From Okamejei kenojei (lineage: Eukaryota), in assembly GCA_035221665.1 (NCBI GenBank), contig CM069141.1, positions 15,128,001 to 15,192,000 on the forward strand: a stretch of 64,000 nt of DNA, written 5' to 3'. This document shows positions 53,685-64,000 of the stretch, piece after piece. The notes under the pieces were generated by a model. The model made no database searches. It was not told the DNA's origin and was given only the letters and a program-made list of their open reading frames with translations. Position 1 is the stretch's first letter. The number at the start of each line of letters is the position of its first letter. The translations under genes and the position numbers were made by a program.

Positions 53685-53800
53685 GCCTCCAATAGTGCAA
53701 CAGTACACCAGGATGCATTCCGGCTTCTACTTCCAGTCTTCAAATATCTCAAATCCCAGACAGCATTGAACACAACTGCGCGCAATGACTCATTAACTGA
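53685..53800 (+). CDS. FAM114A2: FAM114A2 last coding exon (ASNSA.Y.QDAFRLLLPV...), with indels; stop position uncertain
   Basis: cttccag|GCCTCCAATAGTGCA...CAGGATGCATTCCGGCTTCTACTTCCAGTC. Confidence 0.78.
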
Positions 53801-56800
53801 CTTTCCATGACAAAAATGTTTGCATGAATTGTATGCCAAAAATTAAGAAGCAGCAGGTTGTGGATTCCTATAGGATCTTTTGTAACACTTTTTTATTAAA
53901 TATTGTTTTTTGTTGAAGATAGGATTAACAGAGCAGGAAATAAGGTAAGTAGCTTACTTCTCATAAAAGGTAATAACTTTTCTCTTTAAAAAAAACTCCA
54001 CTATTAATAAGAATGCACTAAGATATTTGGTCCTAACTCAGAAAAAAAAAAAAAAATACATAATTCTTTTTGTCCAAAATTTTCACAAATTTTGTTTTAG
54101 TTTTTCTATGCATGAAAAGAAAACAATGTTTCCACAATTCCTTCCAGATCTTTTCATGGAACTAAAAATTGTAGCTGTATAATAGCAATAAGTTTTTTCA
54201 TTAACATATCTCTAACAGAATTAAATGTATCTTTGTCTTACACTATATGTAAAATCGTAAAATAATTCTGAAAATATTTAAGTAGAAATACTTACCCTAA
54301 CACGTTTTTTTCAGATTTTAACAGTCCCATCACTGGCTGGTCTTTAACTAAATGCATTTATGCACTTTTTTTTGTAATCACCTCTCCCAAACTTTCCAAA
54401 AGAAATTCACACAGTGAATAATCATGCTTCTCATTTTGTGAATCAGCTACATACTCGCTCCCCAACTCCATCTGAAAGTGGTGCAGCTGGTAGACCTGCT
54501 TAGGTCCACTCTGATGCATTCAGTATCTTGGGTGCTGCTGCCATAGTGTTTGCACGTTTTCCCTGTGAGCTGCAGCTTCCTCACCCACATCGTGTTAAAA
54601 TTGGCCATGTAAGTAGTGATTTGGAATTAATAACATGAACAGTGTGAACTGGTGATCGATGGTCAGTGTGGGCGAAGCGCCTGTTTCATGCTGTACCTTC
54701 AATCATATCGAGCAACTTTGTCTTAAACGTCAATGCTGTTTGTTTGAAAAACTGTACTGTGCATTTAAAAAATACTCGAGGAAAGATGAGATTAAAAATG
54801 CAAGGGTCGTTGATTAAAATTTCTTGTATTGGTATAAGCCCAGGGAAAATATATTTCTGACATCTATAAAACCTGTGTCATATGACGCATTTTCCAGCAA
54901 AACCTAATGTGGGTGAGAACTATAATAGTTCCATCATTTGCATATATTTAGCACATCCATTACCAACTTAGAATCAGTTTAAACACTTAATCGTAATCCA
55001 GCTGCAATTATTAGATAGAGTTAAATGTACTTTGCAATTATATGCAATTGACAGCCATCAGAGTGGAGGAATGTAATAAGATTCTCTTAGGGTATATAGT
55101 AATCTCCAGTAATGTCAGTGGTTTCCAATGATGTACTTTTCTCATAATTAAATTAAAAACCTGAGCATTATAATGTTATTCACCTTTTATTTATTTATTA
55201 TATTGTGGCTTTTTGAGAACCTTTACTTAAGTAATTATTTCCTGTTAAAAAGTGAAATAATTGTTTTCACAACATACATTTTTGGCAGTTTTTAATATTA
55301 AAATCTTTAGAAGCTCCCGCTCGTAACAATGAAATTGTTAGTTTTTTTTAAAGATTTACTAATTAATTTGGTCAATGGTGATTTATTCAGCATGAGTAAT
55401 TTGCATATTTACATTGTTAACCAGAACCTGGGTCTTAAAACAAAATATTTTCAGATAAGCCTCACATTGTAGTATTTATTTAATGAAGGGCTGTCTGGAT
55501 AATCATTTGTGCATAGATATAAGTGAATTGTGTGCTTGTCAGTTTTACATGCTGAAGTCTATCTGTTGAATTTGAGTGTCGACTAACTACTAATGTTAGA
55601 GGATTAAGATAGCAGAGATTAATCGGCTTAGGCCATAAAAGCAAAGTTGCGCCTTATTTTAAAAGTGTCCCGGGTTGTTGGCACTCTTTCTACATTTATT
55701 CATTACAAATTTTCCTTGGTCCATAATAGAAAAAATTGTCTTGGTGAAACCTCAAAATCTGAAGGGTGACTTTGTTCTTTACAGTAGGTTAAATTCTTCA
55801 GATGTCGACATTCTTGGGAAACTCAAATGTCCGTGCAAGATGGTCAAGAATGGCAATGGGATCAAATCGGTTTTTAAATTGTATTTTCGAGAGATAAATG
55901 GTGTTCAGAACACTGAGGCACCCCTGATTCTTTCAGATGATCATAGAACTTGAATATCTGAAATGTCTGAGTTTAACGTCTCAACCAAAAGTCATTCCCT
56001 TTGACTGAAATGTTTAAGAAAGAATTGCAGATGCTTGGAAAAATCGCAGTAGAACAAAAAGCAGGGAAACCTCAGCGGGTCAGGCAGCATCTATGAGAAA
56101 TTCTGTGGGCGTCAGCCTCATCCCTTTGACTGGAATATACTTTCTTATGACATTTAAGAGTCATTCCAAAAATAAGTGCTCCAGAGGTGTTGAAATGTGG
56201 CTGGAGCTGAACCAATCTTACTCTGATAGAATTTGGCAATCCACTTGTAACCTGTCATGCTGTATTACAGTGTCCATGAGCTTAGGCAACACAGATGTGT
56301 GAAGCAGTAAACTATGTTTCCTAAATTCCAGTTGAGAGTTTATTTTTATGGTTTCAGTAGATTAGATTAGATTACTCGAAACCTACACACGAGATCTGGA
56401 AAGTCCAAACTTCAGCCTAGCGGCTCATCAGCAAATGGTTCCTTGAGATCAAGAAAGATTTTTCAGTCATAGGGTCACTGTGTATTGAAACATCTGTGAT
56501 CGAAGAGAGAAACTGGGTGTCTGTTGGATCAGTTTAGTAGACTGTCAAGGAATGGCAGCAAAGATTCAGGTAGGATCATCACCACAATGCTACCGAGGAT
56601 AGATGATCATTAATTTTTTATAAATGGTGTGAGAAAGGAATATCAGTGAATATGAAGTGTAATAATGCAACAGCAACATTTTTAATACACCCTTTCTCCA
56701 AGGAATTGACAATAATAAAAACTTGCAATGGCTTACTCAGCTGTGTCTTATTTTTGTAAAAGGAGGGGTGACTGGCCTACGAGCCAAATCAGGACAAAAT

Positions 56801-59687
56801 GGAGAAACTGCCATGTAATCCGGTTGTTTGATTAAGTAATTCCATGCCCCTCACCATTGAGGACCAAGCATTACACATCAGCATGGGTGGTTGAACATTT
56901 GAATGAAAGCCCCTATCCAAGCCCCTGGGCATTGATGCTTAATTGATTTGCACTGCTCAGAGGCCCTAGCCCTAATATACCAAGAATAGTGATCCACCAA
57001 CCAAACTGTGGGTAAAATCATCAGAGAAACAACCTGCCTGTAATAGTTGGTGAATATTAAATTATAATATATATACATACGGTTTTAAAATGTGTGCTGT
57101 TCACTTACATTAATTGTCATTTACATTTTTTTTTGTGCCATTAAAAACGGACGGTCTCATACACCCTTTAGCACCTTTATCATCTCCTGGATTTTATTCA
57201 TAACATGAAAGTCACTTCACCTCAGTCTATTTGAAATATTACAAATAAATATTGTGAATATTTTTCTAAAGTCTTCTGCAAACTATTCCTGAATTAACTC
57301 TGAATTTTGAGAAATGTAACTACTCATTTATCTAAATAGTAATTAATGTTATAGTGCCCTTGAGTTGGTTTATAGACAATTACTGTTTAAAATAAAAGGC
57401 TTTTGCCATTTAAGATGAACAGAGAAATCTCTTTCTGAGTCTCATGAATTCAGCTTCCTCACAGGTAGTGAAGCAGATTCTTATAAGTAAGCGGTTGAAG
57501 GTTTTACAGGGGACACATGAGAATACAGTAACTGAGGTTCCCCGTTTAGTTTTCATCTATCTTATTGAATACCAAGTCTGAAAAATGGGTCCTCGATCGC
57601 GAAACATCACCCCTATTCCTTCTCTCCAGAGATGCTGTCTGACCCTTTGATATACTCTGTTTTTTTCGTGTCTATCCTTCAGTTTTTAAACCAGCCATCT
57701 TTAGTTCCTTCCCTACACAGGATCAAAGAGATAGGTGGCCCCTCGACTACTCCCCCTAATAGGTATGTTCAGATATAATCAGAAAAAAATCGAACCAGGA
57801 GAAATCTTGAACTTTGATAAAAAAATCAAGTTTAGGATTTGGAGTGGAGAGGTAGCCTCTACATTGCAAGGCCATCTACCCCTTTTAACAGATGTAAATT
57901 TATCAAAAAAGCGACATAGTGCTGGAGTAACTAGTTAAGTGAGATCATGGCAGTATTCTGGCACATGGATGAGAAGGACTTTTTGGGGCCAGGCCTCCTT
58001 CTTCATGTGGTGAGGATAGGTAAATGACAGCTGGAAGGCAAGGATAAAATGAAGCCTGGCAAGAAGTGGTGGAACCGGTGGGGCGTGGGATTATAGTAAT
58101 GATGTTGGGACAAAGCCAGAGATGCAAACATAAAGGTGTGACAACGAAAGGATAGTAGAGTTGGAATGTGATGCAAGAGGAAGATCATGTGAGTGCAGAT
58201 GGCCGTTGTAGTGTTGCTGATATGATTAGCTATCTAAACTAAACTACCTGTTTTGGGGGTTTGGGTTGAAGTGAAAAGGCACTGCAGAGGGTTTTTTGGG
58301 TTGAAGTGAAAAGGCATTTGCAGAGGGTTGTTTCGGGGTTTGGTTGAAGTGAAAAGGCACTGCAGATGGGTTGTTTGTCCCCTAAACTTGACAACTTCCT
58401 TTGCACTATAATTGATTATTAGATGCACCTGCTATGAAGTGGTAGAGCTGCAACTTGAATTTGGGGTGGCCCTTGCACCCTGCTTGAAATTGGTGCTTGA
58501 TGGTATAGAAAATGATTTGAAAATTTGGTGGCCTTGCAACACTCTGCTTTACAAAATGGAATATCAAGGAATAGCTGTGAGTCGGCACTGCCCAGCCGCA
58601 CCCCGCATGGGGGGAGAGTGTATCTGAGCCATCCATGCTTGAAGGGACTGAGCTGCCACCCCCCAAGAAATCCATTTTGGCCCAACAATGTCCATACCAG
58701 CCCTCTGGAGACCAGTAGTGCCTGCAGCCAACAACACTCCTACCAGCGCTCCCAGAAAGCCCCCCCCTCCCCCCCGCCACATGGCCACCAATATTTGGAA
58801 TTGGTGGAGGTAGTGGAATATTTGGCGTCAGGGACCAGCCCTCCCGTTGAACATGTACCCCAACTGTTCCCAACATAGTCTCAGAATCAATATTATTAAT
58901 TTGCTCTTTCTACCCCCATCCCCCGGGCTCTATCCACTCACGCAAACCCCTAACTGCACAGGCGTCGGCTAGAGAGGGTGGTGTAGAGATTTGGGGTGGG
59001 GGGTGAGGACACAGGGAGGGCTGTTCCCGAACGCAATACTCCATCCATCACTCACTCCATATTCGCCACTCCCCGTAGAGGGAGGGTTGGCAGAGATGAA
59101 GAGAGGGGGCAGAGAGAGAGGAGGGGAGGACACCCTCCACCCACTCCCCCCCCCCCCCCCCCCCCCCCGGGCACTGCCCCGGTCCCCACTATGTCCGTTG
59201 ACCCCCCCAATCTGCAACACAGCCAGTCAGTATGGTTCAGTAAACTGAGGAACAGCACGGGATCTGCCCCTCACACTATGAATTAGACAAGTTCAGGAGC
59301 CGGGTGTAACCCGGACCCTCTGCGGCAGTCTCACTCACTTTCGCACTCCATCGTGACTCTTGCCTGAGTTTCACCCCCCTGAACGAAAGCACCTCAAATT
59401 CACGTAGTATAATCCACGTCTACTCTGCCATTCAATCATAGCTGATCCTATCTCCCTCCTAACACTTAACCCCCACCCCCCCCCCCCTCCCCCAATGCAC
59501 CTCGATAGATTGGTGGGAATGTAGTCCTGTCCAGCCAGTGAAAATGTCCCCCCCTCTCCCCCCGCCTCTCCAGACCATGCTGCCTACCCGCTGAGTTACT
59601 CCAAACTCTGCGAAACGTCACCTTATCCATGATTCTCGCAGAGACACTGCCTGACCCGCTGAGATAAACTCCAGCACTTTGTTCCAC

Positions 59688-60300
59688 AATAGACAATAGG
59701 TTCAGGAGTAGGGGCCATTCGCCCCTTTGAACCCAGCACTGCCATTCAATGTATCACAGCCTGATCATCCACAATCAGTACCCCGTCCTGCCTCAACCCC
59801 ATATCGAACTGAACTACCGCTGTTTTTAAGAGCCCTTATCTAACTCTCTCTTAAAAGTATCCAAGAACCAGGCCTCCATCGCCTTCTGGAGGCAGAGAAT
59901 TCCACAGACTCACCACTCTCTGAGTGGAAAAAGTGTTTCCTTCCTCGTCTCCCATCTAAATGGCTTACCCCTTATTCTTAACTGTGGCCCCTGGTTCTGG
60001 ACTCCCAAACATCGGAACATGTTTCCTGCCTCTAGCGAGACCCAATCCTTAATAATCTCTTATATGTTTCAATAAGGATTCCCTCTCATACCTTCTACAA
60101 TTCCAGAGTAATACTAGCCCAGCCCTCCAGTCTAACAACATACCATCCTGCCATCCCGGGAATTAACCTCATGAACCTACGCTGCACTCGGCAAGAAAGC
60201 ACCTGCAATAGCAAGAATGTCCTTCCTCAAATTGGGACATCCAAAAACTGCACACAATACCCAGGTGTGGTCTCACTAGGCCCTATACAACTGCAGCGTG
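59688..60300 (-). mobile_element. CR1 3' part, indel-rich
   Basis: Noisy version of the sequence at 15150-15720. Confidence 0.8.
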
Positions 60301-61409
60301 CACGCATGCGGCATTTTCCCACTCCCACCAATATATGATTTGAATCTTCACTCACTGCTCCCTCTCCTGCTACCCCCGGTTCACAAGTTGTTGACAGCGT
60401 TTCAGAGTGCTCGCTGGAGTAACTCAGCGGGTCAGGCAACACTGTGGGCCAAACCATGGATAGGTGACATTTTGGGTCGGGACCTTCTTCAGAGCTTGCA
60501 TGGGGGGGGAGGAAGAGTGAGAGAACGGAGTAATGGTGAGCGATGGCGAGGGGGTCCACAATGGCAGATAGGGGACAAAGGCAGCTGACTGAAGCAGACA
60601 GTGTGAGACTGAGGTTGAATAATTTGTGAAGCTAAGATGAGGGAATTTGTTGGGGGGGTGTGAAGGGGAGAAATAGGTGTTGATCCAGGAGGGCAATGTT
60701 GTGGGGAGAAAAGATGGAGGGTTTAGAGGTTCTTACATTTGAAGTCAATGTCCATACTACTGGGTGTAAACTATCCAAGTGGAATAAGATGATGTGCTAT
60801 TCTCCACTTTTGCCTGGGCCTCTCACTCTGACAATGGAGGAGGCCCAGGACAGAAAGGTTAGTGTGGAATGGGAGGGGGTGTTAAAGCGTTTGCACCGGG
60901 AGATTAGGTAGGTCCAGGCGATTAGCGCACATGTGTTTAGCCGTGACTTTATGTTTAAAATATTCTGGATCGGAAAGTCAGAGAGAGATCCCGAGGATTG
61001 GGATGGGCAAGTGAGGGCAAAGAAAGGAGGGTGGGTAGGGGGAAGGAGGAGCCCTCCAGTGGGCGCAGGCTCTCACCAAGTGACCATCAACCGCAGGCAG
61101 GTGGGATTAGTGTAGATGGGGCATGTTGTCCGTGTGAGGGCAAGAAGGGCTGAAGGGCGTGTTTCACACAGTATCACTCTGTGACTAGTCTACATAGAAA
61201 CATAGAAATTAGTGCAGGAGGAGGCCATTCGGCCACCTTTGAGCATGCATCGCCATTCATGTGACAATCCGGCTGAATCGTGCCGCTAATCAATAACCCG
61301 TGCCTGCCATCTCCCATATCCCTTTGACTCCCACGTAGCCCCTAGAAGCTCTATCCAACCTCTCTAATCCATCCAGTGAATTGGCCTCCACTGCCCTCCC
61401 CCCACCTCC

Positions 61410-61909
61410 NNNNNNNNNNNNNNNNNNNNNNNNNNNNNNNNNNNNNNNNNNNNNNNNNNNNNNNNNNNNNNNNNNNNNNNNNNNNNNNNNNNNNNNNNNN
61501 NNNNNNNNNNNNNNNNNNNNNNNNNNNNNNNNNNNNNNNNNNNNNNNNNNNNNNNNNNNNNNNNNNNNNNNNNNNNNNNNNNNNNNNNNNNNNNNNNNNN
61601 NNNNNNNNNNNNNNNNNNNNNNNNNNNNNNNNNNNNNNNNNNNNNNNNNNNNNNNNNNNNNNNNNNNNNNNNNNNNNNNNNNNNNNNNNNNNNNNNNNNN
61701 NNNNNNNNNNNNNNNNNNNNNNNNNNNNNNNNNNNNNNNNNNNNNNNNNNNNNNNNNNNNNNNNNNNNNNNNNNNNNNNNNNNNNNNNNNNNNNNNNNNN
61801 NNNNNNNNNNNNNNNNNNNNNNNNNNNNNNNNNNNNNNNNNNNNNNNNNNNNNNNNNNNNNNNNNNNNNNNNNNNNNNNNNNNNNNNNNNNNNNNNNNNN
61901 NNNNNNNNN
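61410..61909. other. Assembly gap (500 N)
   Basis: Run of exactly 500 N. Confidence 1.
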
Positions 61910-62107
61910 TCTAGAGAGATAGTATACATAAACATTTCTCGGTGCTGGACAGGATGCTTCTCCTGATGTAACAGTCTTGCCCGTTGGCTTGTTTCAAGTT
62001 GAAAATGACATAAGGAACTGAGTTTTCACACAGAGAGTGGTGGAATCTATGTGGAATTCTCTGCCACAGAAGGTAGTTTGAGCAGTTCATTTTGGCAATA
62101 TATAGAT

Positions 62108-64000
62108 GTTTTTTTTTTTAATAATTTTTTTATTGTAGGAAAACAATATATACCAAGTTCAACTCTTATACGACATTGAGAGTTAGTAATATATATAAAA
62201 TTATAACATAATTGATTATCGATTAATACTAATTATGTTAATTGTAAATAATTAACCATTATAACATTTCATTGTATTTATTTTATAAAATTGAGAAGTA
62301 TATGTAGTATATTCCTAAAAATAAGTAATACACTTAGATTTCTCAAACATAGATATTCTTCTAATTACCAAATAGAAAAATCCCCTCTAATATAACTACG
62401 TAGTACCCAATCTTAAACAAAGTGTTTTTGAATATTCATAATGTTATCAAAAATATTAATAATGTTTGTATTATTGTTTAACTTTAATATTCTCCATAAT
62501 TATTGTATAATTGAAAATACATACTTTTTATATAATTACAAGTTTAAGACGATCTATAATCTTTTTCATACGAACAGAAATAAGTGTGGTACGTATTAAA
62601 AAATTTATATAATATGTTTCTATAATTTTTTTTCCTTAATTAAAGATAGAAGATAGAGAAAAAGAATAGAAAATAGAAAGAAAATGTTGAAAAGTTTGAT
62701 GGAGATTGAAGTCTTACTAAATAATCCAATCTTGAGATACATTCATGATTTGTTATGTGTATTTCTTCATCCATTTCAGATATTCAGGCCTTCAGCTCAA
62801 GTCCCTGCGACACCCGAACCATTGTGAACCCTGTAATAATTTAATATAAGGGAGACCATATCTCCTTGAAGGAATCTAAACCTGTACCATAAGGACAAGT
62901 CTCAATCTCACCAAGTGAAGTGTCTCCGTCATTTCGTAATCCCACATTTAATAATTGTTGGGGATACCTGCCTTTCCAAAATTTTAATATTAATTTTTTT
63001 CCCAATATAAAGAATATCGATTAAAAAGTTCTATGATTTCCTTGTAATTATTTGTTCCGTTTCCGTATTCCAAGTAATGATTAACTTTGGTCATAATCTC
63101 AGTAAAATATTTTTTTTTTTTTTAAATAACTTTCGAGATTATTTTAATTATTTCATTCCAATATTCCTAAAATCACGTAACAATTATAAATCGAGTGTGA
63201 CAAAGTTGCTTCTAAGATTTGACATTTATCACATATAGGTGATAGTTTTGGAAAATATTATGTAGTTTAATTTTAGAATAATGTAATCATGTAAAATTTA
63301 AACTGTATAACAGATACATGCATGTTTAGCATTTAAAGAGTAAGTAATGTATAATGTTGTAGGCTTTCTCCCATATTTCGGACTTATTATTTGACGTTAA
63401 TCATTTTCCAGCGCTGTCTATGTATTTCCGATGATGGAATATCACTTTCCAACAACATATTGTAAATGTAATGATATCATTTTTTCTGTATTTGGATGTA
63501 TTCAAGCATTCATCTAAAATTTCACTCTTTCTATTTTCTAGAATTCTTGTGTATTTGCCAGAGATAGAAGTTTCTGATTTGTAAATATCAGAAATAATTC
63601 ATTATTATGAAAGCCCGTAGGTTTGTTGAATTCTTGAAATGAAAAAAGAATATCCTTATAAAGGATCCCCTATATTTAAAATTCCTTTATTTTTCCATTG
63701 TAATAAAGCTTTATCCATCAATGACTCCACGGTTTAAACGTAAAGTTGTTGGCAATTGTAAGACCTAGCGTATAAAATTTTAGTTTTTAGTGTTTTCTTA
63801 TTTTGTTTCCAAATACTATTCCAATTTCTATTAAATCAAATTTACACTATATAATTTTCTTAGTACATTAGTATTAGCAAATATTATAGAGCTAATTTCA
63901 AATGAAAACAGTCTTCTCTTCAATTTTAACCATTTGGTTTATTATACTATATCTCCTAACAAAAATTCAATTTCTAATGTTAACAGCCCAATAATAAAAC
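62108..64000 (-). mobile_element. L1-clade LINE 3' end (ORF2 C-terminus, 3'UTR, poly-A), AT-rich and indel-rich
   Basis: Minus-strand fragments IQFK.LH.LHYSKIKL..IF...SPICDKCQILEATLSHS..C (CCHC knuckle), GKKLILKFWK and ETLHL; poly-T on the plus strand at ~62109. Confidence 0.8.

Noticed and set aside
61351-61966. ORFs spanning the N run
   Set aside because: Artefacts of the assembly gap.

Overview
Vertebrate genomic DNA, most likely a cartilaginous fish (skate or ray), judged from HE1-like V-SINEs and HER1/CR1-type LINEs. Two genes sit head-to-head around a CpG-rich promoter at ~26.6-27.5 kb. MFAP3 (minus strand) has two coding exons giving 357 aa. FAM114A2 (plus strand) has coding exons from 34.6 to ~53.8 kb. 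The rest is mostly retroelements (CR1, Rex1/Babar, HERO, L1, Penelope-like, V-SINE) and non-autonomous DNA elements (Helitron, Tigger-like, Harbinger-like, a TIR element). The main discovery is a 126-nt non-coding retroposon with a (GAA)n tail, present in two copies (4163-4296 minus; 23949-24102 plus). Its first 54 nt fold by eye into a complete, minimal HDV/CPEB3-like self-cleaving ribozyme, and both copies start exactly at the predicted cleavage-site G. Penelope-derived minimal hammerhead motifs are also abundant. From ~44 kb onward the sequence is rich in indels and looks unpolished. After the 500-N gap comes a noisy copy of the ~33.97-34.14 kb intron segment joined to an L1 3' end. All family assignments come from reading and recall; no searches were run.
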